From Octopus bimaculoides (taxonomy: Eukaryota): a stretch of 52,787 nt of DNA. The stretch is taken from the NCBI RefSeq assembly GCF_001194135.2, contig NC_068981.1, positions 149,253,042-149,305,828 of the forward strand. Reading direction: 5' to 3'. Of this stretch, positions 1 through 12,709 are shown in pieces; position 1 is the stretch's first letter, and each line of letters begins with the position of its first letter. The translations under genes and the position numbers were made by a program. The notes under the pieces are model-generated. The model ran no database searches, was not told where the DNA came from, and saw only the letters and a list, made by a program, of their open reading frames with translations.

Positions 1-153
1 GTTTATGTCCCCGTAACTTAGCCGTTCAGCAAAAGAGACCGATAGAATAAGTACTAGGCTCACAAAAATAAGTCCTGGGGTCGATTTGCTCGACTAAAGG
101 CGGTGCTCCAGCATGGCCACAGTCAAATGACTGAAACAGGTAAAAGAGTAAAA
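1..153 (+). mobile_element. 3' part of a second SINE family; also about 30655-30790 (-) and 46600-46770 (+)
   Basis: AAGAGACCGATAGAATAAGTACTAGGCT...GGGGTCGATTTG...GGCGGTGCTCCAGCATGGCC recurs at the other two loci. Confidence 0.78.
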
Positions 154-610
154 AAGTATATGTATATATATATATATATCATACACACTTACGCGCGCGC
201 GCGCACACACACAAACACAGACACACACACACACACGCACACACTATCAATAAAAGCTTCGAAATAAAAACAACCTGTGAAGGGAACGAGCTGAACGCTC
301 TAGATTAATGATAAATTTGCAGTGATTCAAATTCACCAGACGGCATCAATATTTGCATGTGACTAACTCATACATTCCGAAGAGAATAAATAATCAAACA
401 TCATCCAGTCCTATTTTCTGTCTTCTGAAAAACTGAAACTTTCATTAACAATTTCAAATGAATCACTACCGAAATCGTTTAGACGGTGCAAGGGAGATAA
501 TTCTCATTTCTGCCTGTATCACTTCTGTCTGTATCAATGTTCCATAAATTTCTCAGATTGCTTTATGGATGTTACATTTCTTCCAGATGTATGAAATAAA
601 TGGAGAATGA

Positions 611-615
611 TACTA

Positions 616-670
<55 letters not shown>
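611..670. repeat. (CTA)n microsatellite
   Basis: Direct reading. Confidence 0.97.
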
Positions 671-672
<2 letters not shown>

Positions 673-1041
673 CTCTTGTTGTTGTTACTGTTTGTTATTA
701 TTATGTTTTTTTTTCTTCTTTCTTCAAATTTTCTTCCATTTCCGTACACCTAGAGCAAAAAAGCTCATTGTATGTATTCCCAGTTTACACACGCAAATTC
801 ACAGCTAAAATATGTATTTAAGAATAAATAAATAAATAAATAAATTCATGAATGGATGTTGTTTTCACAGCGATAATGCTCTTCTCAGTACATGAGTCGT
901 TCCAGTGAACACGATTTTCTGCACTTCCTGAAGGGATGGTAAGCCTGGTATCATTTTCAAATAGGTTTCAGTACCTTTTTTTTATTATTCCTAGAGATCC
1001 TACAATCACCGGTACGGTATTCGCCTCGAGACTACCGTACC

Positions 1042-1421
1042 TATTAGCAAGTCTTTATATTTAATGATCTTGTCAAATTCTTTCGCCGCTATATTGTGAT
1101 CGCATGGAATATTCGTGTCAATTAATAAACACATCTTTTTTGTCTGATCTTTTATAACAATATCCAGTTTATTAGCTTTTATAGTTTTGTCGGTATGTAC
1201 GGGGAAATCCCAGAGAATCGATACATTTTCTCCCTCAGTCACAGCTTCAGGATAGTGTTTATACCATTTGTCAGCGGTTTTGATTTTATAATGCCGACAT
1301 ATTGTCCAGTGTAAATACTGTCCGACTCTGTCATGTCTTGCTTTATATTCTACAGGTGCTAAGACTCTACACCCTGAGATTAGGTGGTCTGTAGTTTCTA
1401 TCTCATCGTTACAGAATCGAC

Positions 1422-1425
<4 letters not shown>
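1042..1425 (-). mobile_element. Non-LTR retrotransposon fragment, R4/Dong-like: CCHC knuckle plus restriction-like endonuclease
   Basis: KCRFCNDEIETTDHLISGC...YKARHDRVGQYLHW...ILWDFPVHTDKTIKANKLDIVIKD...LLID..IP...KEFDKIIKYKDL in one open frame. The usual PD of the endonuclease reads LD. Confidence 0.85.

Positions 1426-1503
<78 letters not shown>
1424..1503. repeat. (TTA)n microsatellite; further runs at about 1886-1963, 2506-2583 and (AAT)n at 25770-25870
   Basis: Direct reading. Confidence 0.97.
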
Positions 1504-1504
<1 letters not shown>

Positions 1505-1887
1505 GTCTGGTCAAAATGCTTAGTGGCATTTCATCCATCTTTACGTTCTGTGTTCAAATTCCGCCGAGGTTGACTTTTGTCTTTCACCCTTTCATCCAGT
1601 CGATAAAATAAGTACCAGTTGAGTACTGGGGTCGATGTAATCGACTAGTCCCCTCCCTCAAAATCTGAGGCCTTGTGCTTCTAGTAGAAAAGATTATTAT
1701 TATTTTTAGTCCAGGCGAAACGCTTAGCGGTATTTTGTCTGCCGCTACGTTCTGAGTTCAAATTACGCTGAGGTCGACTTTGCCTTTCGGGATCGATGAA
1801 ATAAGTACCAGTTATGCACTGAGGCCCATGGAATCGACTAGCCCCTTCCCACCAAAAATTTCAAGACCTTGTGCTTAGAGTAGAAAA

Positions 1888-1966
<79 letters not shown>

Positions 1967-2248
1967 CAGTCTTATTTTTATTGGGTGCTTTCTGTGCACT
2001 ATCGAGCGTAGCTCTGTATGCCTTGGCTATGTACTGTGGTTTGTTGTGGTGTTCTTATTTTCATCGAATTGAAACTGTTTTACGTAGGATGTTTTATGTA
2101 GGATGGTTTCTAATAGTGCTATTTTCTGTATGTTATGTATAATTGTGTTTTTATTATGTATTTGTCTGAATGTTTATTTTATGATACCTAATGCAGCTAC
2201 TATGATAGGAATTGTTTCTGTTTCTGGACTCTAAATTTAAGTTACCTC

Positions 2249-2279
<31 letters not shown>

Positions 2280-2505
2280 AATCATTATTATTACTACTAC
2301 TACTACTACTATAATGAAGGCAGCGAGCTGGCAGAATGGTTAGCGCGCTGGACGAAATGCTCAACGTTATTTCGCCCCTCGCTACGTTCTGAGTTCAAAT
2401 TCCCTTTCGGGGTCGATAAATTAAGTACCGGTGAAACACTGGGGTCGATGTAATCGACTAGCTCCCTCCCCACAAAGTTCAAGCCTTGTGCCTTTTGTAG
2501 AAAGG
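1505..2505 (+). mobile_element. Three copies of the same SINE family (about 1505-1695, 1715-1885, 2317-2505) among (ATT)n runs
   Basis: Shared ACGTTCTGAGTTCAAATTCCGCCGAGGTCGACTTTGCCTTTC...AAGTACCAG...GGGGTCGATGTAATCGAC core. Confidence 0.85.
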
Positions 2506-2528
2506 ATTATTTATTATTATTATTATTA

Positions 2529-2584
<56 letters not shown>

Positions 2585-4204
2585 TGTAGTAGTAGTAGTA
2601 ATATATACTTCTGGCTATACTGTGTTTATTAACAGCTTAACAGTTAATAATTCATTTAATTTCATTTCAAGTTATCATCCATGCATATTCTGAATCCGAC
2701 TAAGAGACTACAGCTGTGTTGGTAACTAACTTCTCAGTGGTGTGTGTCCGAATAAAACACTAACCAAAGGCATTCCAGGCATGACGACCACGAATTGCAT
2801 TATCCAATGTTTTTCTTTTTCAAAGACACAGAGTGTAGTTAAGAGTTTTAGCTGTTATTTCTAGCCGAGTCTGTCGTGGACTTATCACTGAGATTTATCG
2901 ATAGCGTAGGTGAATGCGTGTACATTTTCCCTAAAGCCTCCGCAGTTAATTCTTGGAGTGGCGAGAATATGATGAAAATTGCAAAACTATCCTTCATTTG
3001 TGATTTTACCAGTTCATTCCTTGCTCTCAATTGTTCCTTGTGTATTTATTTATTCGTTTTCCTTCGTTCTGCCAGTTAGATGATGATATTTTTCGTATAT
3101 ATCACGCTGTTTCAGACAGCAGGTTACTAACCTTGATGGAGCAATATGTTACCATTTGTTCATGATGTACTTTAAAGTTAACGAAGGGAAAGGAATATGC
3201 ATGTAGATTTCCGAATTGATGCTAATCTTGGTTCGATAATTGGAACAATCGACGAAAATAAGGAAATGTTTAATTAGCGACTACTTTAAAATATTAGTCA
3301 AACGCTTGTTCTCTCTTTAACAAACAGCTTTTTTTCTAAAATATAAAATGCAAATTTCCAGACGAAGTCTTAAATATGAGCAGATGTCAAACAATAGTAA
3401 TATATGGCACTATAATTAAATTTTCTTCAAAATTAGTCTTTTGAATTTCGCCTCATTAATTTCTACTCATTTTTGTTATTTCCATAATTTTTCTAGTAAT
3501 TTCTCATTATTTAAATTATTTAATTTTTTAAAATGGATTTTGTTTAATCCACTATGCTTTGTTTATTTATAACTAATTATTTTCAATGTTTACTTTAAAA
3601 ATGCTTACATTATTCCCAAAATTACTTTCGTAATTTCTGAAAGCTACTGTTTCATAATTTTATTAACATACATTGCCAAGGAAATTAAACAGACATGCAC
3701 AGCAGGATGCAGACATATCAATATGTAACTATTTCTGGAGGCAGTGGAATGGCAAAAACGCAGTTTATATATGCTTTAAGTTATATAATTCAATCTTCTG
3801 TGTTCTGAATTCAAATTCCTTATGGTTTGAGTTGGCCATTCACCTTGCCAGCGTTGATACGAAGTCTCTACATGATCGAATGTGCGATATGCTGCAAATA
3901 CTAACTAAAATCTTATATGTAACTCTACCATCTAAATGAAAATAGGTAACGACATAGCTAATAGTCTTAGAGAATTATCCAAGACAATATTATTGTCAAT
4001 GCTTGAAGAAAAATAAAGAGAGAAAACGGTCAAGGCTAGAATGCCTTTGGTCAAAGCTCTATACGATCAGGAATGACCATGAGATAAATAGAATAACATG
4101 CAAGAAGAAATATCCAATACATTAAAATATTCTCCAAGGAAAATAATGGGTGTACCCTGCAGAGGGTCAAAAACTATTTAACGTAAATGTGTTGGAACAT
4201 AGAC

Positions 4205-4878
4205 AACTTCGTCGCATGACTTTTAGAGGTCCCCTGCAAATTTTTGTTTCTAGGCCCCACCCCTTCAATCAAAATTGATAACCTACGCACCTTTAATTCA
4301 TAGCTATATTTTACTATAATCTACGCACCTTTAATTCATAGCTATATTTTACTATAATCTACGCACCTTTAATTCATAGCTATATTTTACTATAATCTAC
4401 CCGAAGTTCAATATTTCACGCTATCCTAAAGAACATTTTAAAAAGTACAAGTTAAATTTATTTAGGTTTATTACAAATTTCGATAAGTAAAACTTGCAGA
4501 TGTGAATAAAAGAGCAATTTTATAATCTAGGCAACTTTCAAAGACAAACACGGCGCACTTTTCGCTCCGCGAAACCATCGATCAGTTCAGAATAATCAAG
4601 ATGAGAGCTAAGATCGTGTTCAATAGATATCATAGACAATCTATAAAGTCTGATACACGTTCGTGGTACAATGTAATACTTTTACGAGAACTTTTGCAGG
4701 TACAATGTATTACCATTTTATCTCTTGAAACCTTCAGTTAACATAGTTTAATTGTTGTTCAACATCTTAACCAAGGTAAATAGATGACTCACCTTCGTAA
4801 TTTGATCTTAATACGGGGTCCCTCAACCATGGAGGCCCCCTGGGACCACAGGGGTTACAGGGGCTTAGCGACGGCCCT
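4205..4878 (-). mobile_element. hAT-derived non-autonomous element keeping the transposase C-terminus (4538-4642)
   Basis: RLSMISIEHDLSSHLDYSELIDGFAERKVRRVCL* matches the end of the hAT dimerisation domain. Terminus AGGGCCGTCGCTAAG at 4878; left end approximate. Confidence 0.7.
4283..4400. repeat. Perfect 38-bp tandem repeat, 3.1 copies
   Basis: CTACGCACCTTTAATTCATAGCTATATTTTACTATAAT starts at 4283, 4321 and 4359. Confidence 0.97.
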
Positions 4879-5349
4879 AAACATAGAAATAATCGTGATG
4901 ATGAATGACCGCGTCTTAAAACCATTTTAGAAATGATGGGGCTTTCTCCTGTCAGAACATATGTCTAAGAGAAGAATACTCTGATGTAAAAACCCGAGGA
5001 TCGTCAGTTTCTGTCGTTGCAGCCAAATGTTGAGGCAAAAGAAAAAAAGTATCTACTCTATATGAAAAGTGGATATCGTTTTGTGTATGCTTTGTTCGCT
5101 ATAATTAATTTACGTCCAGGAACTTATTAGAACCAGAAACAGTCCACGGACATTTAAATAAAGTAGCCTTCCCTGTTGCATTGGTCGAGCGATTCGTCGT
5201 ATCTGCGATTATGAAATACGGTAGGTGTAGTGAATTGGAGGAGCAAACCCGACTTTCCGATTCTCCAGTCTTTCTCGCGGTTCAGTCCTTCGTTGCTGCT
5301 TTTCTCTAAGATGTGCCTAAGAAGTGACTGTACTTTCGACTTGAGTTGA

Positions 5350-5400
<51 letters not shown>

Positions 5401-6099
5401 CCTCAATGCTTTCTTTTTACTTTCTAAACTGTAGGATTGTTTCAGGGAAATTTGGCGATTTTAGGCGACTAAAGAGAGAATCTCTGGTTGTTTCTGGAGT
5501 GGCGCAGAATCAGATTTGTTGTAAAGATATGAAAAATAATATAACCCAGACCCCTACCCCAAAAGTCTCGTTTTTATTACGTGACACAGACTGGTGTTTC
5601 TATCAGTGATCCTTGTTGCTTTCATTGTTTAACCCCAGATTGGTCATGATCGTACAGGCCAATAATCCAAGTGTCACTACCTCTGGCTTTACCAATTTTC
5701 CTTGAAACTGTACATCTATGGCATCATTGAATGTGTCCTGCTTTTTCTTTTAATTAGACGGAGGTTTAGCTACTGTTTTTGTGAGATCGTTTGACCGCAA
5801 AGAAGCCACCTCACCGGCTCGTAGCGGCTTTATTTCTCTCCAGCACATCAGTAAGACAGTAATATACTATTCAAGTAAATGTGCTGTTTTAAAATAGGCT
5901 ACATCAATACCGAACCCTGAAAAAAAAAATCACTATGTAGCCCAAACAGTCGAACTTGCCTCCTCCGTGTTGAGCCAGGCTGCAATTAGAGAGTCTGTGG
6001 TCAAATGGACTCCATAAACTACATAAATCTTCCTTCGCAAAGCTAAATTATAATGAAATAAAGCAAAACCAAATTTTTAAAATATTTTTGGTGGTAACT

Positions 6100-6105
6100 T
6101 TTATT
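6100..6105 (-). promoter_or_regulatory. Candidate AATAAA polyadenylation signal of the chitin-binding protein gene
   Basis: AATAAA on the minus strand about 450 nt past the exon D stop; AT-rich background. Confidence 0.35.
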
Positions 6106-6553
6106 TACATCTCATAAGACACAGAAGAAAATACTTCGTTTAAACAAAAATAAGAACATAAGAAATAAACCAGAATTATTTATGTATTTTCAAAACACTG
6201 ATTGGCATCTGGAATGGACATATGTTCATTAATAAGGATAACAATTATAATCATGGTAAAATTCATTCGATAAACGTCTAAAATTTTGATCGAGCGTAGC
6301 TTTGATCCATAAAATTCATCATAAAAGTTAATTTTTGTTTTAAATATTTGTAAAAAAAATATTGTGTGACTCCTTGATTAAACAGAAAGCTCATTGAATT
6401 CCTAATGATTCTTCTGTAATTATTTCTTCAAAAGATGGAGATTTGTTAATCTTAATCAAATTCTTGTGATCGGATCAAATTACCACGGCTGAGTATGTGT
6501 GTGGGTAGTGACTGAGAAGTTAGGAATAAGGGTTCATAGTTTCGCCATATAAT

Positions 6554-6743
6554 TTACTTCCCGTACGAAAATCCGCCTCCACTTCCTCCACCACCTCTTC
6601 CTCCACTACCACCACCACCGCCACCACGTCCTCCACTGCCGCCACCACGGCCTCCACCGCTGCCGCCGCCACCGCCGCCACGTCCTCCACTACCGCCACC
6701 GCCTCGTCCACCTTGGTTTCCGCCATAGTTTCCACTTTGATTG
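6554..6743 (-). CDS. Gly-rich chitin-binding protein probable terminal exon D, phase 2 start: NQSGNYGGNQGGRGGGGSGGRGGGGGGSGGGRGGGSGGRGGGGGGSGGRGGGGSGGGFSYGK*
   Basis: Strong acceptor TTTTTCATCTTTCCTAG. GGSGGR repeats resemble exon B. TAA at 6554-6556. The link to exon C cannot be verified because of the gap. Confidence 0.75.
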
Positions 6744-6779
6744 CTAGGAAAGATGAAAAACGAATGAAGATACATATAT

Positions 6780-6846
<67 letters not shown>

Positions 6847-6955
6847 CACACATATGCGCTGTGAAGCGTGTCACGTAACCAATGTAAAAGGTCCTACACT
6901 CCACTCCTAGTATTTCAATTAGCAGATAATCAGCAGGCGTCTATTTCCTCTACAT

Positions 6956-7296
6956 GAGTGGTTCTCAACCGTGGTCCATATCACTCCTTGGGGTCCATAT
7001 AAAATTTTTGGGGATCCACACAGGCAAAATACCAAATGGGATCCATAGTATTATTTTATAGGTTCATGAAAAAAGTATTCTGGTTGAGATGTATTTATTT
7101 CAAGAAACAGCTAGGTCTCTTTCCCCGACGTTTTACTCTGTTCAACTTACACAAGTGATCGTGAGAAAAACCAAATAGGAATTTTTAAAGAAGTATCTAT
7201 AAAACTAATTTCTAAACATTGAATGGCTATGGAGATATACTCGAATTAAATAGTAATCAAAGGGACTCATAGATAAAAATTGGTTGAGAACCACTG
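6956..7296. mobile_element. hAT (Charlie-like) MITE
   Basis: TIRs (G)AGTGGTTCTCAACC / GGTTGAGAACCACTG; 8-bp TSD ctctacat/atctacat. Confidence 0.88.
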
Positions 7297-8354
7297 ATCT
7301 ACATGTATAAATGAAAGTAGTTCTTCTCTATGAGATGCCCTTGTGTCCTTTGATAGATTTTATTATAAATCTTAAGTGGTAGCGTTCGTCGCACTCATCA
7401 TACAATGGCATGTTAGGATTGGCTAGTTTAGTCACCAACCCACGCATGTACTAGGTTACATGATACAAGCACAGGTAGAACCTAATCTAACTTGAACTGA
7501 GGTATTAATCAATATCATGGTGTCCTTAAAGCTATCAATCAGCTCGTTATATTATGTTCAAGTTAATATCAGAGCGGCAATATAGAAAGAAATAAAAGAT
7601 AAATCGGCAAACAAATATTGAGTTTAATATGAAAATGTAACCATCTGTATATCCGATCATATATCAGTGTTTAATGCTATATCTTATTAGATATCTATCA
7701 ATACATCATCGCTCTATTAAAATCCTCTCGACCAACCGTGTTTCTTATTTTTTCGAAGGCATTTGGAATTCATAACAACGAATACACAATTAGATTAATT
7801 CGGAACTGATCGTATACCAGTTACTCGTTAGCACAATGGTTTACTTTTTCCTTTACAGAACACCAAGTGAAAACTTACTGGCGCACTTCTCTTGGGAAGT
7901 AAAAATATTACTTGGATATTTCTTGTGGAAAGTTATACAAAACTTTGGAATAAAGTTAAAAATTTACATATAGTTATATGCAATCATATCTAACATGTTC
8001 GAGATAGAAAGATGATGCGCTGCAGATATAGTCTCAAGAGAAGAAATTCTCCTTGCAGACAGTATAAGTGTAAACACACTACTAGGTCATGAATGGCGTC
8101 ATCGGACCGTAGGTCACAAGCATTTTTGCGTTATTACGCATCATCAGATACGTATACTGAGCTGTCGTTCATGGCCACTATAAGCTGATCGTTCTCATAT
8201 TAGAACAGCAAATAGGACATTTGTTGTAATTATAATGTTGGGGAAGAACTTCATGCGCCATGTTAAAATAATGCTTTTTTAAATATATTTTTGTGCTGTG
8301 TGTGTTCATTCAGTTCAAGTCATGTTCAATGGTAGCTCACTGTGTTCGTCGAAA

Positions 8355-8731
8355 ATGCGCCTTGATTTCAAGACAATGCATAGCCGCATACCGCCAGAAA
8401 GACCAGCAACAAATTTAAAGGACTGGACGGCGTGGAAGTGCTGCCGCATCCAGCCTATAGTCCAGACGTTGCTCCATCTGACTACGATCCTTTCCAATCA
8501 ATGTAGTACTTTATGAAAGGTCACCGATTTAAGTCATTCGATGAAGCCGGTCAAGAAGTTTTCGATTCAAAGCTGAAGGATTGGTACTTTGACCGAAAGC
8601 TTGCACATCGTTGGCAGAAGGTCGTGGAAAATGATGGTCTTTATTTTAAAGAATGGTTGTTGTTTTTGAATGAATTCTTACATAAAAAATCATTATTTTA
8701 ACACGGTGCACGAAATTTTCCCTCAAACCAG
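8355..8731 (+). mobile_element. Mariner transposase C-terminal relic with probable right TIR, intronic
   Basis: FQDNA*PHTA...EVLPHPAYSPDVAPSDY...RWQKVVENDGLYF, with in-frame stops; ends before TA. Confidence 0.85.
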
Positions 8732-9324
8732 TAATTAGGGCGTTTAATAACCATACTTGAGTATAACAAAATTATAAATAATACATTTTCCAAGACACTC
8801 AAACATATTTATGAATTTTCTAAAGCTTTAAATAATATAAATAATAATTTTATCGCAAATGAAATGGCTGTTGAGCATAATTGATTTGTGAACTATATGC
8901 AAAATTAAGGCCTTTTCTATTTCTTGTTTNNNNNNNNNNNNNNNNNNNNNNNNNNNNNNNNNNNNNNNNNNNNNNNNNNNNNNNNNNNNNNNNNNNNNNN
9001 NNNNNNNNNNNNNNNNNNNNNNNNNNNNNNNNNNNNNNNNNNNNNNNNNNNNNNNNNNNNNNNNNNNNNNNNNNNNNNNNNNNNNNNNNNNNNNNNNNNN
9101 NNNNNNNNNNNNNNNNNNNNNNNNNNNNNNNNNNNNNNNNNNNNNNNNNNNNNNNNNNNNNNNNNNNNNNNNNNNNNNNNNNNNNNNNNNNNNNNNNNNN
9201 NNNNNNNNNNNNNNNNNNNNNNNNNNNNNNNNNNNNNNNNNNNNNNNNNNNNNNNNNNNNNNNNNNNNNNNNNNNNNNNNNNNNNNNNNNNNNNNNNNNN
9301 NNNNNNNNNNNNNNNNNNNNNNNN

Positions 9325-9919
9325 CGTCCACCTTGTCCTCCACGGTTTCCTCCTCCTCCACCTTGTCCATAACTTCCACCTCCTCCTCCTTGTCCTCTTC
9401 CTCCTTGTCCTCCTCCTCCTTGTCCTCCTCCTCCTTGTCCTCCTCCTCCTTGTCCTCCTCCACGGTTACCTCCATTTCCACCATTCCATCCTCCTTTTCC
9501 TCCTCCTCCACGGTTACCTCCATTCCATCCTCCTTGTCCTCCTCCTCTGTTTCCTCCACCGTTTCCTCCACCTTGACCATATCTACCTCCACCTTGCCCG
9601 CCACCATTACCTCCGTTCCAGCCACCATTACCTCCGTTCCAGCCACCATTACCTCCACCATTTCCGCCTCCACCATTTCCGCCTCCACCATTTCCGCCTC
9701 CACCACGTCCAAACTCTATGGCGCTCTTAGGCACCTGCAAGTTGCCACAGTCAGTGTTATTCAGGTAGTCGCATACTTGGATCCTAGGATTAAATACAGT
9801 ACCAGGAGCACATTCCTGAACGTCATTTAGGTAACCAAGGTTGCATTCGTAGTACATGTGACACATTTCATTGTGACGCTTCTTAAAGTCTTCTGCATAG
9901 TCACCACACAGTTCGTTGG
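9325..9919 (-). CDS. Gly-rich chitin-binding protein exon C, 3' end lost in gap 8930-9324: ChtBD2 #2 (CGDYAEDFKKRHNEMCHMYYECNLGYLNDVQECAPGTVFNPRIQVCDYLNNTDC) then Gly/Asn/Trp/Gln block
   Basis: Acceptor CTATTTTCTAG. The phase-1 join C|CC = Pro is in frame with exon B. Canonical C-x14-C-x5-C-x10-C-x12-C-x7-C spacing. Confidence 0.92.
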
Positions 9920-10119
9920 CTAGAAAATAGAAAGAAAATATTGTCAGTGCTCACTATCTTCTTCTGTTAACTTTACCACTCACAAACGTCATTATTTCCC
10001 TTTCACATTTACTCTTACTATAGAGAAATGAACGTGTATCTGTGAGACAATCTATATTATAATTCTGCTTAATCGTTGGCCCATTACACTTTAGTTAGTT
10101 AGAGGCAGAGGTGGAGTGT

Positions 10120-10163
<44 letters not shown>

Positions 10164-10173
10164 NNNNNNNNNN

Positions 10174-10218
<45 letters not shown>

Positions 10219-10415
10219 AGTGAAACACAAAAGGTAAGACGAAACAAGAGAGAAAGATGTATGTATGCATGTATGTAATGTGTATATGTATCTCTTTATT
10301 AACACGCTGATGGAAATGTGACACTGTCGTTAGTTGAAGAGAGAGGAGAGAGAGAGAAGAGAGAAGGATAGAAAGAAGAGAGGAAATAGAAAGAGGGGAG
10401 AGAAAGGAGGTAGAA

Positions 10416-10490
<75 letters not shown>
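10120..10490. repeat. (GA)n and purine-rich microsatellite tract
   Basis: Direct reading. Confidence 0.95.
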
Positions 10491-10491
<1 letters not shown>

Positions 10492-10664
10492 GAGAGATGG
10501 TCAGCGGTGAGAGATAGGTGGAAAGGGTTGCTATTATGGTATGTGATGAAATGGTTGAAGGAGAGGGTAAATAGAAAGAGATAGGGTAAAGCGAAAATTT
10601 AACGCAGGAGAGATGTGGGAAAGAAGTAAAAGGAAAATGGGAGAGAGAGAATAAGAGGAAGAAT

Positions 10665-10795
10665 GTATGTGAGTGAGAGAATGTGTGTAAGTGAGAGAAT
10701 GTGTGTGAGTAAGAGAATGTGTGTAAGTGAGAGAATGTGTGTGGGTGAGAGAATGTGTGTGAGTGAGAGAATGTGTGTGAGTGAGAGAATGTGTT
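10665..10795. repeat. 18-bp minisatellite (ATGTGTGTGAGTGAGAGA-like), about 7 copies
   Basis: Direct reading; produces the LSLTHI repeat in the ORF track. Confidence 0.9.
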
Positions 10796-11388
10796 TACTG
10801 GAGTGAACAGCGAAAAGTGATAGTTTTTGTTTTGTTTTTATATTCTTATCACCCATCAGATAACGCATGCGCTTTAGTGAAGTAACTATCGTCTGCTTAG
10901 TCAAAGCTTATAAAATATGGCCAACAACAGACGATGTAAAACTAACAAGACAAAGAATGATATGGTCTTTTTCAAATAACCATGTTAAAATTTGTTAAAA
11001 CATTACCAACGTAGTGAAGCAGAATAATATTATATTTTTCAAAAGTTTCTTGAAATTGCTCCTCTAATACTACTTATATGGACTTTACCATAATCTCAAG
11101 GCTCTAATGGTTCAGAAAATTATACAATTCCACCTTACAGTTTTCAAATCAACCGTGGAATTTTCACGGAGTACTACTAGTAACGATAAAGCTACTTTAT
11201 ACATGTTAACGTACATTTGGAAACACTACTTCATGTCAATCATAAATAAGAAAGTTGGGTGAGCCAATTTCCATCTTAGAACCTGACCACAGTTGATTCT
11301 TAACCAGATGGAGTACAGGGACATCGCTGTTTTATAAAGCACAGGCTGTGCGTTATCTATACCCCTGCTAGTATGACCACATCCGATT

Positions 11389-11424
<36 letters not shown>

Positions 11425-11454
11425 GATAATAATCCTTTTTATATATGGCCAACA

Positions 11455-11870
11455 ACAGACAATGTAATTTGGGGGGAAGGGTCAGTCCATTACATCGACC
11501 CCTGTATGTAACTGGTACTTAATTTATCGACCCCAAAAGAATGAAAAGCAAAGTCGACCTCGGTAGAATTCGAACTCAGAACGTAGCCACGGACGAAGTA
11601 TCACTAATCATTTTGTCCGGCGCGCTAACGATTTTACTAGCTAGTTGTCTTTACACAGGATAACAATAATATTGGTTTGAAAGAAGGGAGGGGATAAGTC
11701 GATCACATCGACTCTAAAGTTCAACTGGTACTTATTTTATCGATCTCCAAAAGATGAAAGGCAAAGTCTACCTCCGTAGAATATGAATGTAAAGGGAGGA
11801 CGAAACGCCGTTAAGCATTTTGGCCAACGTGCTAACGATTTTGCCAGCTCGCTGCAATTTTTCAAAGAAT
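11455..11870 (-). mobile_element. Two inverted SINE copies, same family
   Basis: Reverse complement of the core: ATCGACCCC...GGATGAAAGGCAAAGTCGACCTCGG...GAACTCAGAACGT. Confidence 0.8.
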
Positions 11871-12709
11871 AATGTTAACAATTGATAAGCGAATGCTTTA
11901 GTTTACAGAATCACACAGCATATAACGACAGGTTTCAGTACAGCTATATATTTTAGTACCTTGCTTATTTTGGTGATTTAAGCGTGTCAACACACATGTG
12001 ACACCCTTGTGGATCACTTAGGAGGCAGACATATGAATTTTTTGATGGGATGTATTCCAAGATTATTAATGGGTTGTATCCCAAGATTATTAATGAAATG
12101 TATCCCAAGCTTATTGATTTAGTACTAGCTGGGGGTCCCACTACACCAGTGTGATTAATTCTCATGAAAATATTATAGGAAAAAGTTACGCAAACTGATC
12201 AGTCGGTAATTTTAGAATCCTTTCCGAATCACATGACCGAATTCACATAACCAAAAGAGACAAGGCAGTGTCTACGAAGACCTAAATATTACTAAAGTGA
12301 CATACTTGCAGAAAGTTATGTGCCTATACTGAAGTAATGAACAGATCACTCAACTGAGATGCTGGTTAATGCTGAACCATATTAGCCTGTGGTACTTGTT
12401 TTTGTAGCTAGATGGATGAAGCCGTTAACAGCAAAGTACCTAGTATAACTTGTATAACGAGTATTAGAATATAAATCACCACCTGTTAACTGCTTGCTTA
12501 GAACTCTTTCATTCGCTCATTCATAATTATCTTTCACTCAGAGAGGAAGCATCTATGAAGTAGATCATCCTGCTAGAAATAGCAGCCAAATTTATCTCTA
12601 ATGACACCCAGCCATCTCAAAATAAGGAAGGACTGATGTTGCAGTATACAATAACATTGTATCGTAACAGTGACAATAATATCGATATGAATATGTTGTT
12701 TCTACTTAC

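Noticed and set aside
1011-1041. 9-bp hairpin GGTACGGTA...TACCGTACC at the end of the R4-like fragment
   Set aside because: Too short to separate from chance; at most a junction scar.
4283-4400. CRISPR-like 38-bp repeats
   Set aside because: Contiguous with no spacers, in a eukaryotic transposon context.
5154-5345. Protein-like minus-strand ORF next to (CA)n
   Set aside because: No recognisable domain or splice context.
6520-6552. Similarity of the post-stop sequence to the repeat at about 46255-46280 (both translate YGETMN)
   Set aside because: Only about 18 nt; no function can be supported.
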